A DNA stretch of 64,000 nucleotides, from NCBI GenBank assembly GCA_017619935.1, contig JAFZRJ010000020.1, positions 2,633-66,632 on the forward strand, given 5' to 3'. The notes below the pieces were generated by a model. That model searched no databases and was not told the DNA's origin. It saw only the letters and a program-made list of their open reading frames with translations. Below, in pieces: positions 9,929 to 19,569 of this stretch. The stretch is from Muribaculaceae bacterium (GTDB taxonomy: Bacteria > Bacteroidota > Bacteroidia > Bacteroidales > Muribaculaceae). Made by a program: the position numbers and the translations under genes. Numbering within the stretch: position 1 is the first letter of the stretch; the number at the start of each line of letters is the position of its first letter.

Positions 9929-10678
9929 ATGTTAGAGATTAAGGATTTATGCGCCTCGGTCGAGGGCAAAGAGATATTGAAAGGGGTCAACCTCACCGTT
10001 CGCCCTGGTGAAGTGCATGCTATCATGGGACCTAACGGGTCGGGCAAGAGCACTTTGAGTGCCGTGCTCACAGGCAATCCGGCTTATATGGTTACTGGTG
10101 GTTCGGTGCAGTTCTACGGCAAAGACCTGCTGGCGCTGTCGCCCGAAGACCGCGCCCACGAGGGGCTGTTCCTCAGTTTTCAGTATCCCGTAGAAATTCC
10201 CGGCGTGAGCATGGTCAACTTCATGAAAGTGGCGGTGAATGAGAAACGTAAATATTTGGGGCTGAAAGAACTGTCGGCCAGCGAATTTCTCAAACTCATG
10301 CGCGAGAAACGTGCAGTGGTGGAGTTGGACAACAAGTTGGCGTCGCGTGCCGTGAATGAGGGCTTCAGCGGCGGAGAGAAGAAGCGCAACGAAATCTTCC
10401 AGATGGCTATGCTTGAGCCGCGGCTGAGCATCCTCGACGAGACCGACAGCGGCCTTGACATCGATGCGCTGCGTGTGGTGGCCAGTGGTGTGAACAAACT
10501 CAAAAGTCAGGACAACGCCACTATCGTCATCACCCATTACCAGCGCTTGCTTGACTATATCAAGCCCGACTTTGTGCACATCCTTTACAAGGGGCGCATC
10601 GTGATGAGCGCCGGTCCTGAACTGGCCCTGGAACTTGAAGAGAAAGGTTACGACTGGATCAAGCAAAACAACGACTGA
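9929..10678 (+). CDS. sufC: Fe-S cluster assembly ATPase SufC
   Basis: Walker [33 protein letters not shown] and [11 protein letters not shown]. Confidence 0.97.
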   Translation: MLEIKDLCASVEGKEILKGVNLTVRPGEVHAIMGPNGSGKSTLSAVLTGNPAYMVTGGSVQFYGKDLLALSPEDRAHEGLFLSFQYPVEIPGVSMVNFMKVAVNEKRKYLGLKELSASEFLKLMREKRAVVELDNKLASRAVNEGFSGGEKKRNEIFQMAMLEPRLSILDETDSGLDIDALRVVASGVNKLKSQDNATIVITHYQRLLDYIKPDFVHILYKGRIVMSAGPELALELEEKGYDWIKQNND

Positions 10679-10680
10679 TA

Positions 10681-12024
10681 ATGAGCGCGTTAAAACAGTA
10701 TATAGATTTATATAACGAGCACAGGGAACTGGTGGAGCGTCATGCTCCCGAAGCGCTCAATGCCCTGCGTCCCGCCGCGCTCGCCGCTTTGGAGGGGGCA
10801 CGATTGCCGCGCAAGGGTGAGGAGGATTACGAAGCCATCGACATGGAAGCCATCTTTGCGCCCGATTATGGCGTGAATGTGACCCGCTTGGACTATGCCA
10901 TCGATCCCGCCGAGAGTTTTCGTTGTGATGTACCCAGTTTGAGTACGTGTTTGTTCCACACATATAATGACGTGCCGCACATTTCGGCCGTCTCGCGCCG
11001 CAATTTGGGCGAAGTCGTGGTGGAGACTTTGGCCGAGGCTGCGACAAATAGGCCCGATTTGCTCAAGCAGCACTTGGGACGGCTGGCTCGGCTTGACGAC
11101 CCGACGGTGGCCCTGAATACCCTGCTCGCGCAGGACGGCTTGTTGGTTTACGTCCCCGATGGCGTGACGGCGCCCAAGCCCATCCAGTTGCTGAATATCC
11201 TGTCGGCAGCCCATCCTATGATGGTGGTGCGTCGCCTGCTGGTGGTGGCGGGCGAGAATGCCCATGTCCGCATCTTGGGATGCGACCACACGCAAGGTAG
11301 CGGTACGGCGGTGCTCAACCTGCAGGTGGTCGAAGTGGTGGCCGGTAAGCATTCTAGCGTTGATTTTTATGAGTTGGAGGAGTCGGGAAACGATACCAGC
11401 CGCGTGTCGAGCATTTATGTGGAGCAGCACGAAGGCAGTTCGGTGCTCGTTGACGGCATCACGCTGATGAACGGCATTACCCGTAACAATTATTGTGTGG
11501 AAGTGGTGGGCGAGCATGCCAGCACCGAGTTGCTGGGTATGACCATCGCCAGCGGCAAGCAGCACGTCGATACCCGCTCGTTTGTGAGTCACAATGCGCC
11601 TCGATGCACCAGCAACCAGATGTTTAAGTATGTGCTTGCCGAAGAGGCTGTGGGAGCCTTCGCGGGCAAGGTGCTCATCAAGGAAGGGTGTGAACGGGTG
11701 GAAGCCTATCAGGGCAACCGCAATCTGTGCGCATCGCCCGAAGCGCGGATGTATACCAAACCACAACTGGAAATTTATACCGACGATGTGAAAGCCTCGC
11801 ATGGTACTACCATCGGGCAACTTGATGAAGATGCTTTGTTCTACATGCGTACGCGTGGCGTGAATGTGGATGATGCCCGTCGCTTGCTAATGCAAGCCTT
11901 TATGAGCGATGTGATTGACGGCGTTCGCCTTGACGTGTTGCGCGACCGTCTGCACTATCTGGTGGGGAAACGCTTCGACGGCACATTGGCGGCTTGCACG
12001 GGATGCGCCATCTGCGGCAAGTGA
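10681..12024 (+). CDS. sufD: Fe-S cluster assembly protein SufD
   Basis: KPQLEIYTDDVKASHG and LFYMRTRG motifs; position in the suf operon. Confidence 0.95.
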   Translation: MSALKQYIDLYNEHRELVERHAPEALNALRPAALAALEGARLPRKGEEDYEAIDMEAIFAPDYGVNVTRLDYAIDPAESFRCDVPSLSTCLFHTYNDVPHISAVSRRNLGEVVVETLAEAATNRPDLLKQHLGRLARLDDPTVALNTLLAQDGLLVYVPDGVTAPKPIQLLNILSAAHPMMVVRRLLVVAGENAHVRILGCDHTQGSGTAVLNLQVVEVVAGKHSSVDFYELEESGNDTSRVSSIYVEQHEGSSVLVDGITLMNGITRNNYCVEVVGEHASTELLGMTIASGKQHVDTRSFVSHNAPRCTSNQMFKYVLAEEAVGAFAGKVLIKEGCERVEAYQGNRNLCASPEARMYTKPQLEIYTDDVKASHGTTIGQLDEDALFYMRTRGVNVDDARRLLMQAFMSDVIDGVRLDVLRDRLHYLVGKRFDGTLAACTGCAICGK

Positions 12025-12051
12025 CAAGTTGATAATAACGACAAGAGTACA

Positions 12052-13260
12052 ATGAATATAGACGACATTAGAGCCGAATATCCCATCCTGAGCCGGGAGG
12101 TGGCTGGCAAACCGCTCATTTATCTTGACAGTGCCGCCACTTCGCAGACTCCACGCTGTGTGGTGGAGGCCATTGACCAGATGTATTACCACTACAAGGC
12201 GAATGTGCATCGAGGGGTGCACACACTGTCGCAAGAGGCCACCAACCACGTGGAGGCCACGCGCGAAAAGGTGCGGCAGTTCATCAACGCCGGCAGCACC
12301 GAGGAGGTGATATTCACTCGTGGCACAACCGAGAGCATCAATCTGGTGGCTTCGTCGTTTGGCGAGAAACTGTATAGCGGCGATGAAATCATTCTAACGG
12401 TGATGGAGCATCACAGCAACATCGTGCCGTGGCAACTCATCGGTCACCGCAAGCGCATCCGCATCCGTGCTGTTCCCATCAGCGATGACGGGCAACTGGA
12501 CTTGCAAGCCTACGAGGATATGTTTACCGAAAACACACGTTTTGTGGCATTGGCTCATGTGAGCAATGTGCTGGGCACGGTGAATCCCATCAAGGAGATG
12601 ATAGCCATAGCGCATCGACATGACGTGCCCGTGCTCATTGACGGTGCTCAGGCCGCTCCGCACATCAAAGTGGATGTGCAGGACTTGGATTGCGACTTCT
12701 ATGCCTTGTCTAGCCACAAAATGTATGGCCCCGTCGGGGTGGGTGTCCTTTATGGCAAACGTCGCTGGCTGGAGGCTATGGAGCCGTATCAGGGTGGAGG
12801 TGAGATGATTGGTCGCGTGACCTTTGAACGTACCACCTTTGCCGACCTTCCTTTCAAGTTTGAGGCTGGCACGCCCGATTTCGTGGGCATTTCGGCCTTT
12901 GGTGCCGCTATCGACTATATTCAGCGATTGGGCCTTGACCAAATAGCGGCCCATGAACATGAATTGCTGGAACGCGCCACCTCGCAATTGATGGAGATTG
13001 ACGGTATGCGCATCTTCGGCACCGCTCCAGGCAAGAGTGCGGTGATTTCCTTCCTGGTGCGTGACATCAGTAGTTACGACATGGGGTTATTGCTGGACAA
13101 ACTGGGTGTGGCTGTGCGCACGGGACACCATTGCGCGCAACCGCTCATGGATCGCTATGGCGTGACAGGTACCGTGAGAGCGTCGTTCGCCCTCTACAAC
13201 ACGCTCGACGAAGTCGATAGATTTGTAGCCTCCGTGCGTCGGGTGGCCTCTATGTTCTGA
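12052..13260 (+). CDS. sufS: Cysteine desulfurase SufS
   Basis: YLDSAATSQ, EHHSNIVPWQ, PLP lysine SSHKMYGP and RTGHHCA. Confidence 0.95.
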   Translation: MNIDDIRAEYPILSREVAGKPLIYLDSAATSQTPRCVVEAIDQMYYHYKANVHRGVHTLSQEATNHVEATREKVRQFINAGSTEEVIFTRGTTESINLVASSFGEKLYSGDEIILTVMEHHSNIVPWQLIGHRKRIRIRAVPISDDGQLDLQAYEDMFTENTRFVALAHVSNVLGTVNPIKEMIAIAHRHDVPVLIDGAQAAPHIKVDVQDLDCDFYALSSHKMYGPVGVGVLYGKRRWLEAMEPYQGGGEMIGRVTFERTTFADLPFKFEAGTPDFVGISAFGAAIDYIQRLGLDQIAAHEHELLERATSQLMEIDGMRIFGTAPGKSAVISFLVRDISSYDMGLLLDKLGVAVRTGHHCAQPLMDRYGVTGTVRASFALYNTLDEVDRFVASVRRVASMF

Positions 13261-13267
13261 GACAATT

Positions 13268-13687
13268 CTAAGATTGTGGCTGACTTGGCTGCAGTTGAGT
13301 CTGTTCAGGTTGCTGTGGCTGAGCCGGCTGTTGTGGCTGAGAATCAGCCGAGTGTGGCCTCCCGAGCAACTCAAACGAATCCACATAGATTTCAGTGATG
13401 TACCGCTTGATTTGGTTGCGGTCTTCCCACGTGCGCGTACGCAAACGTCCTTCGATGTAAAGTTGTGTGCCTTTGCGGATATAGCGCTCGGCGACTTCGG
13501 CATTGCGACCCCACATCACGATGTTGTGCCACTCGGTGCGTTCAGGCACTTGAATGCCGTTGGAATTGGTATATGCCCGTTCCGAGGTGGCTAATGTGAA
13601 AGATGCTACGGGTTGATTTTGTGCGACATAGCGCACATCGGGGTCTCTACCCACGTTTCCTAAAAGGATCACTTTGTTGACCGACAT
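13268..13687 (-). CDS. ssb: Single-stranded DNA-binding protein
   Basis: SVNKVILLGNVGRDP, ERTEWHNIV and YIEGRLRTRTW. Confidence 0.95.
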   Translation of the reverse strand: MSVNKVILLGNVGRDPDVRYVAQNQPVASFTLATSERAYTNSNGIQVPERTEWHNIVMWGRNAEVAERYIRKGTQLYIEGRLRTRTWEDRNQIKRYITEIYVDSFELLGRPHSADSQPQQPAQPQQPEQTQLQPSQPQS

Positions 13688-13708
13688 GGTAATGATGTAT
13701 TGAGGTGA

Positions 13709-14575
13709 TTAAAAAGTTTCTAGTCCTACGCGCTCGTGCAATCCGAACATAAGGTTCATGCAGTGCACGGCGGTTCCCACAGCGCCTTTCAGCACCGGGT
13801 CGATGGCTGCCGTCACGACGAGTTCGTCGTTGTCGCGTTGAAGGTGCATGAGACATTTGTTGGTGCCTCTCACGTCTTGTGCTTGCGGAGTGGTGTCGAT
13901 GATGAACGTGAAATTGTGGTCATCAAAATAGTCGTTGTATATCGATTCCACCACGTCCAGCGCTGTGTTGCAGCGCAACCGCACCACTGCGACAATATCG
14001 TGCGACGAGCCGATGCGCTCAATGTGGACATTGTTGTTAAAACTGTTCTGGACCCCTCCGACAAGTCGCTGTATTTCTAACTCAATGCGGGAGGTGTTGA
14101 AGTCCTGACTGCTTGTGGCTGTCGCGGTCACGTTGCTGTTGACCATTAAATTCTTGGCCAAAGGCAGCAAGGCCAGTTCAATGACGTTGGCAACATCGCT
14201 CGGGCAGGCCACTTTGAAGCAGTCGTGTACCATGAACTTGCGGTTGATTTCAGGAAGTCCATAGGTGAACTGCTCGTCAAAACGGTAAATACCTGTCAAA
14301 TCGATGATTTTTACCGTTTCGGGCAACTCATTGACAACAAAAGGCGGCCTCGGCTCGGCTGCGATGAACACGACATCGACCTCATCGAGCGAGGGCAATT
14401 CTTGCGTTGTGATTAATGAAGTGTCGCCGGTGAGGCTGCGGTAAGTCACATTGAGCGGACGCGGTGGGTTCTGATCCATGACCCATGTCAGGTTCACATC
14501 GGGGTGAAACACTAAAGTCTTGATGAGCGCTGCAGCGATGTCGCCTTGCGCCCCGTAAACACCGGCTTTTATCAT
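13709..14575 (-). CDS. ArgC (N-acetyl-gamma-glutamyl-phosphate reductase)-like protein, degenerate active site
   Basis: IIDL...YR, YGLPEINR, VRGTNKC and AAIDPVLKGAVGTAVHCMNLMFGL match ArgC. The catalytic PGC reads PSD. Confidence 0.75.
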   Translation of the reverse strand: MIKAGVYGAQGDIAAALIKTLVFHPDVNLTWVMDQNPPRPLNVTYRSLTGDTSLITTQELPSLDEVDVVFIAAEPRPPFVVNELPETVKIIDLTGIYRFDEQFTYGLPEINRKFMVHDCFKVACPSDVANVIELALLPLAKNLMVNSNVTATATSSQDFNTSRIELEIQRLVGGVQNSFNNNVHIERIGSSHDIVAVVRLRCNTALDVVESIYNDYFDDHNFTFIIDTTPQAQDVRGTNKCLMHLQRDNDELVVTAAIDPVLKGAVGTAVHCMNLMFGLHERVGLETF

Positions 14576-14591
14576 AGACGAGAACAATTAA

Positions 14592-15068
14592 TCAACGATG
14601 GTGAGGAAGTAACTGGTTGAGCACCCGGCGGGCCTGCTCGTGCGTGACACCTTCACGCAAGATGGCAAACACCGTGTCGGCGCCGGCGATGGTGCCCAGA
14701 AATTCGTAGGCATGGCTCATGTCGATGTCGTAGGCCAGACCTGCGGCATAACCGTTGCGCGTTTTCATCACGGCGAAATTGCCAGAGAATTCCAGCGAGG
14801 CATAACCCATGTGCTGTCCGGCTACAGGCATTCCCGACAGCAGTCTTGAGTTCTGCAACTCGGTCGTGCCCGGAAAGATGTACTTGTAGCCACCGTTGTC
14901 GTCGGCCACCTTAGTGATTTTCAGTGCCTTCAGGTCACGCGACAGCGTGGCTTGAGTAACCTCAATACCCAGTTCGGTGAGCCGCTGAGCCAGTTCGCTC
15001 TGACTACCGATGTCATTTCCCTTAATAAGCTCCACGATGAGTTGGAGACGATTTCTTTTATTTTTCAT
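14592..15068 (-). CDS. argR: Arginine repressor
   Basis: SQSEL, VTQATLSRDL wHTH and GTIAGADT arginine-binding motif. Confidence 0.95.
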   Translation of the reverse strand: MKNKRNRLQLIVELIKGNDIGSQSELAQRLTELGIEVTQATLSRDLKALKITKVADDNGGYKYIFPGTTELQNSRLLSGMPVAGQHMGYASLEFSGNFAVMKTRNGYAAGLAYDIDMSHAYEFLGTIAGADTVFAILREGVTHEQARRVLNQLLPHHR

Positions 15069-15230
15069 GATTGTCTAAATTAATAAGTATTCACATCAAT
15101 GAGGTCTCTTATCTGCTGCAAATATAGAAATAAATTTTTAAAAATCGCATAATTCAAACATAAAATTGAATATTATTAAGAAAATTACTTGAAAATGGTG
15201 GTGCATCCCCACCCACCACTATGCAAAAAG

Positions 15231-15261
15231 TTAGGGGCGGCTCACGAGGAACCGCCCCTAA
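15231..15261 (-). terminator. Intrinsic terminator after secDF
   Basis: TTAGGGGCGG...CCGCCCCTAA stem, followed on the minus strand by a T-run. Confidence 0.7.
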
Positions 15262-15283
15262 GAAATATAAATAGTTTGTTTTA

Positions 15284-18223
15284 TTATTTGTTCTTCTTGG
15301 AGAGCTTGCGGGTCACGGCATAAGCCACGGGCGATGCCACGAACAGCGAAGCGCAAGTACCGATGATGACACCAAGAATCATGGCGAAGATGAAGCTGCG
15401 GATGCTCTCACCGCCCAGGAACAACATCACCAACAACACCAGCAAGGTGGTGATTGAGGTCATCAACGTACGCGAGAGCGTGCTGCTCAATGCGTTGTTG
15501 AAGGTGATGAACAGATCCTGTTTGGGGAAGAGTTTGCGGTATTCACGCACACGGTCGAAGACCACCACGGTATCGTTCACCTGGTAACCAATCACCGTCA
15601 GGATAGCGGCGATGAAGGTCTGGTCAATCTCCATGGAGAAGGGCAACATGCCGTGGAATGTGTAGAATCCAATCACCACAAATGCGGTGAACGCCACAGC
15701 GGCGAGTGCGCCCAGCGAGAAGGCCAGGTTGCGGAAACGCAGCAAGATGTAGAGTGCCATGGCAATCAGAGAGAAGAAGACTGCCCAGATGGCCTCACGA
15801 GTCATGTCGCTTGCGATGCTCGGGCCCACAACTTCGCTCGAAACCACACCCTTGTCCTCGTTAGCCACGCTGAAGTCTTCCTTGGACATGCCGCCAAGTT
15901 CGCTCTTCAAACCGGTGTAGAGTTTGTCCATGATTTCGTCGTCGATACCTTCTTCGGTGCTTTCAATCTTGTAGTTGGTTGAAACGCGCACCTTGGTGTC
16001 GTTGTCGATAGTGATAACCGACACGTTGGCACCGTCGAACAGCTTAGCCAATTGTCCTTCCAGGGCGGTTGTCGAAACGGGGTGGTCAAATTGTACCACA
16101 TAGTTGCGACCACCGGAGAAGTCGATACCGCGATTCAAGCCGCGGGTGGCGAGCAGGGCGATGAAGATGAGAATCACGACGCCCAGCACCAGCCAAGTCT
16201 TCTTGGCCATGCCCATGAAGTTGACTTTTACGTTCTCCATGAGGTGTGCGGTCAGCTTGGTGGTGAAGGTCATGTTCTTAAAGGTGCCCTTGTTCAAGAA
16301 GTATTCCATCACGAGGCGGGTAGCGAACACTGCCGTGAAGAACGAGCAGATGATACCCACAACCAACGTAACGGCGAAGCCCTTGATGGGACCGCTACCG
16401 AGCAGGATGAGGATGATACCCGTGATGATGGTCGTCAAGTTAGAGTCGAAGATAGCCGAGAAGGCGTTCTTGTAACCGTCGGCTACAGCGGCCTTGAGGC
16501 CCTTGCCGTTTCGCAACTCTTCTTTACAACGCTCAAAAATCAGCACGTTGGCGTCAACCGCCATACCCAGCGTCAACACGATACCGGCGATACCAGGCAG
16601 GGTGAGCACGCTCTGGAACGAAGCCAGAATACCGATGATGAAGAACAGGTTGAGAATCAGACCCAGGTTGGCAATGTTGCCGGCATATACACCATAGGTG
16701 CACATCATGAAGATGACCAGCAGGATGAGAGCCACGATGAACGAAGTCTTACCTTTGTCGATAGATTCCTGACCCAGCGAAGGACCAATCACACTTTCAC
16801 TTGCCACATTCACACGTGCCACCATCTTACCTGATTCGAGCACGTTGGCAAGGTCGTTTGCCTCTTCCACGGTGAAACGTCCGCTGATTTGGCTGCTACC
16901 GCCGTCAATCTGGCTGTTCACGTTGGGGAACGAATAGACTTGGTCGTCCAGCACGATGGCGATAGCCTTACCGATGTTTTGACCGGTAATGCGCGACCAT
17001 TGGCGAGCGCCCTCACTGTTCATACGCATCGACACCACCTGACCTTGCAGGTTGTCAAACTCGCTGCTGGCGCGTGTCACCACGTCGCCATTGAGGACGG
17101 GCTTGCCCTGAACGGTGCGCAGTGCCACCAACTGGAACACATCCATGCCATTTTGTGACTGAGGCTTCACGGTCCACGCCAGTTTGAGGTCGGCGGGCAG
17201 AGTCACCTTAGCCATAGGCGAATTGATGATGGTGTTCACGGCAGCAGTATCGGCTACTGAAACATAACCCACAACGGGTGATGTAGAGCCTTGTGCTGCC
17301 AATGCTTGGAAGCCGGTGAGTTCGGCCAGAGTTTTGCCTTGCTTAGCAGCAGGCTTCTGGGCGGGCTTTTCGGTTTCGGCCTTAGTGCTGTCGGCAGCCA
17401 CGCTGTCGGTGGGGGCAGGAGCCTCAAGGCCTGTCTGTGCTTGAGTGTTGAGTGCATTGAGCGAACCCGAAATGTCGGCCAAAGTATAGGTCTCGTAGAA
17501 TTCGAGGTTGGCGGCGCCTTGCAACAGTTTGCGCACGCGCTCAGGTTCCTTCACACCAGGAAGCTCCAGCAAGATGCGGCCGGTGCTTTGCAGTTTCTGG
17601 ATGTTTGGAGCCACCACACCGAAACGGTCGATACGGTTACGCAGCACTTTATAAGAATTGTCGACCATAGCCTCCACCTCGTCTTCGAGGTAGCGTTGCA
17701 CTTGTGCATCGCTGGCCGTGGGATTCTCTTTTACTTTCTCAATGTTGCGGAAAATTTGAGCCAGATTGCCTTCGGGAGCCAGTTTCTTGTACTCGTTGCA
17801 GAACGAAGCCACGAAGTTTTCCTGTGCGGCTTGGTTCTTCGAAACATTGGCGATGGCGTCGTTGAATTTCTTGTCGGGGTTGTCGCCTGAAAGCGCGCGC
17901 AAAATGTCGGGCACCGAGATTTGCAGTGTCACATTCATACCACCCTTCAAGTCAAGGCCGAGGCCCAGCTCTTTCTCACGTACCTGCTGGAATGTGTAGT
18001 ATCCGAGGTACACTTTCTCTTTACCGATGGAGTCAAGATAATTGTTCAGCGCGTTGCGGTAGACGTCGTTCGAGGTGTCGGGCGACTTCAGACCGGCCAC
18101 TTTGAGTGCCTTTTGCTCTGCGATTCCCTGATAGTGATTCGACACAAAAGTGAATGACAGATAAAATGCACAGATTAAAATCAGCGCAATTGTAATGACT
18201 CTGATAAAACCTTTAGTTTGCAT
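15284..18223 (-). CDS. secDF: Protein translocase subunit SecDF (fused)
   Basis: LGLDLKGGMNV, GMAVDANVLIFER, GIDFSGG and NDTVVVFDRVRE. Confidence 0.97.
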   Translation of the reverse strand: MQTKGFIRVITIALILICAFYLSFTFVSNHYQGIAEQKALKVAGLKSPDTSNDVYRNALNNYLDSIGKEKVYLGYYTFQQVREKELGLGLDLKGGMNVTLQISVPDILRALSGDNPDKKFNDAIANVSKNQAAQENFVASFCNEYKKLAPEGNLAQIFRNIEKVKENPTASDAQVQRYLEDEVEAMVDNSYKVLRNRIDRFGVVAPNIQKLQSTGRILLELPGVKEPERVRKLLQGAANLEFYETYTLADISGSLNALNTQAQTGLEAPAPTDSVAADSTKAETEKPAQKPAAKQGKTLAELTGFQALAAQGSTSPVVGYVSVADTAAVNTIINSPMAKVTLPADLKLAWTVKPQSQNGMDVFQLVALRTVQGKPVLNGDVVTRASSEFDNLQGQVVSMRMNSEGARQWSRITGQNIGKAIAIVLDDQVYSFPNVNSQIDGGSSQISGRFTVEEANDLANVLESGKMVARVNVASESVIGPSLGQESIDKGKTSFIVALILLVIFMMCTYGVYAGNIANLGLILNLFFIIGILASFQSVLTLPGIAGIVLTLGMAVDANVLIFERCKEELRNGKGLKAAVADGYKNAFSAIFDSNLTTIITGIILILLGSGPIKGFAVTLVVGIICSFFTAVFATRLVMEYFLNKGTFKNMTFTTKLTAHLMENVKVNFMGMAKKTWLVLGVVILIFIALLATRGLNRGIDFSGGRNYVVQFDHPVSTTALEGQLAKLFDGANVSVITIDNDTKVRVSTNYKIESTEEGIDDEIMDKLYTGLKSELGGMSKEDFSVANEDKGVVSSEVVGPSIASDMTREAIWAVFFSLIAMALYILLRFRNLAFSLGALAAVAFTAFVVIGFYTFHGMLPFSMEIDQTFIAAILTVIGYQVNDTVVVFDRVREYRKLFPKQDLFITFNNALSSTLSRTLMTSITTLLVLLVMLFLGGESIRSFIFAMILGVIIGTCASLFVASPVAYAVTRKLSKKNK

Positions 18224-18611
18224 TTGTTAAGTTATTAATTTAATGTTTTAATTGTTTTCTACAACATATAACTACTTGAAAGAGCGCAAATTACCATTAG
18301 CACTCAGGGACTGTTTAGGCCCCAAAATGCGTGGCAACTCGCACGGTCACAAGTTTTCAGCCTGCAAATATACGACAAAATCTTCACGTGAGAAAATAAA
18401 ACTTTAGGTTTTCAACATTTTGTGGTTTTTAGTGTTTTTTTATGACGGGTCATTTTTCGGGTGTCAATTTGTGAAATCGCGTTGTTGAAAGCAATTTTTC
18501 GCGCGGTGCGGCGCAATTTGCAATATTCAATAGAAATGAGTAACTTTGCAAGTTCAAATCGGCTGCACTGCCAGTTGTGAATGGTGGGCGGCATCAATAA
18601 ATTTTTGAGAA

Positions 18612-19568
18612 ATGAAAATAGTTGTTTTAGATGCTTATACAGGCAATCCGGGCGACTTGTCTTGGCAACCGATGCGTGAGTTGGGCGAGTTGATACTTTA
18701 TGACCGCACTCCGGCTGAATTGATTGTGGAGCGTGGCAAGGAAGCCGATGCTATTCTTATTAATAAGGTGGTTCTCACGCGTGAAATGATGGAACAGTGG
18801 CCCAAGTTGCGCTATATAGGTGTGATTGCAACAGGATTCAACATTGTCGATATAGAAGCCGCTCGCGACCACGGCATCGTGGTGACCAATGTGCCCGCTT
18901 ACAGCACGCCGTCGGTGGCTCAGTTGGCCATGGCTCATCTGCTCAACATCTGCTGCCAAGTGCAGCACTACACCGATGAGGTGCGCGAAGGCATGTGGAG
19001 CCGTTGCCCCGACTTCAGTTTTACCGACACCCGTCTGGTGGAGATTGCCGGTAAGCGCATGGGTATCGTGGGATTTGGCCAGATAGGCCAGGCTGTGGCA
19101 AAAATTGCGTTGAGTTTCGGCATGTCGGTGACGGCATTCACTTCGAAGGATTCGTCGGCATTGCCCGAGGGTGTGGAAAAGGCCGAGAGCCTGGATGCGC
19201 TGGTATCGGAGTGCGATGTGGTGAGTCTGCATTGCCCGCTTAATGCCGAGACTCGCGGCATGATTGATAGCCGTCGCTTGTCGCTGATGAAGCCTACCGC
19301 CATCTTGCTTAACACCGCTCGCGGTCCACTAGTGGACGAGCAGGCACTCGCCGAGGCACTGCACGATGGTCGCATCATGGCTGCCGGGCTGGATGTGATG
19401 GCCGTAGAGCCTCCCAAAGCCGACAATCCCTTGTTGGCGGCCCCCAATTGTTACTTCACGCCTCACATCGCCTGGGCAAGTGCCGAAGCCCGCGCACGTC
19501 TGATGGTGGTCATCACCCGCAACTTGAAGACTTTCATGGAAGGACATCCCGAGAATAAGGTGAACTGA
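18612..19568 (+). CDS. D-2-hydroxyacid dehydrogenase (glycerate dehydrogenase-like)
   Basis: GIVGFGQIG, LHCPL, NTARG, GLDV...EPP and TPHIAW. Confidence 0.9.
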   Translation: MKIVVLDAYTGNPGDLSWQPMRELGELILYDRTPAELIVERGKEADAILINKVVLTREMMEQWPKLRYIGVIATGFNIVDIEAARDHGIVVTNVPAYSTPSVAQLAMAHLLNICCQVQHYTDEVREGMWSRCPDFSFTDTRLVEIAGKRMGIVGFGQIGQAVAKIALSFGMSVTAFTSKDSSALPEGVEKAESLDALVSECDVVSLHCPLNAETRGMIDSRRLSLMKPTAILLNTARGPLVDEQALAEALHDGRIMAAGLDVMAVEPPKADNPLLAAPNCYFTPHIAWASAEARARLMVVITRNLKTFMEGHPENKVN

Positions 19569-19569
19569 G

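Noticed and set aside
11990-12024. Cys-rich SufD tail (CTGCAIC), and the CCCC run in AroA
   Set aside because: The SufD tail is, to my knowledge, common in Bacteroidales, and nothing supports a function for the AroA Cys run.
15140-15185. ARG boxes upstream of argR
   Set aside because: Only partial matches (TTGAATATTATT) in very AT-rich DNA; not distinguishable from chance.
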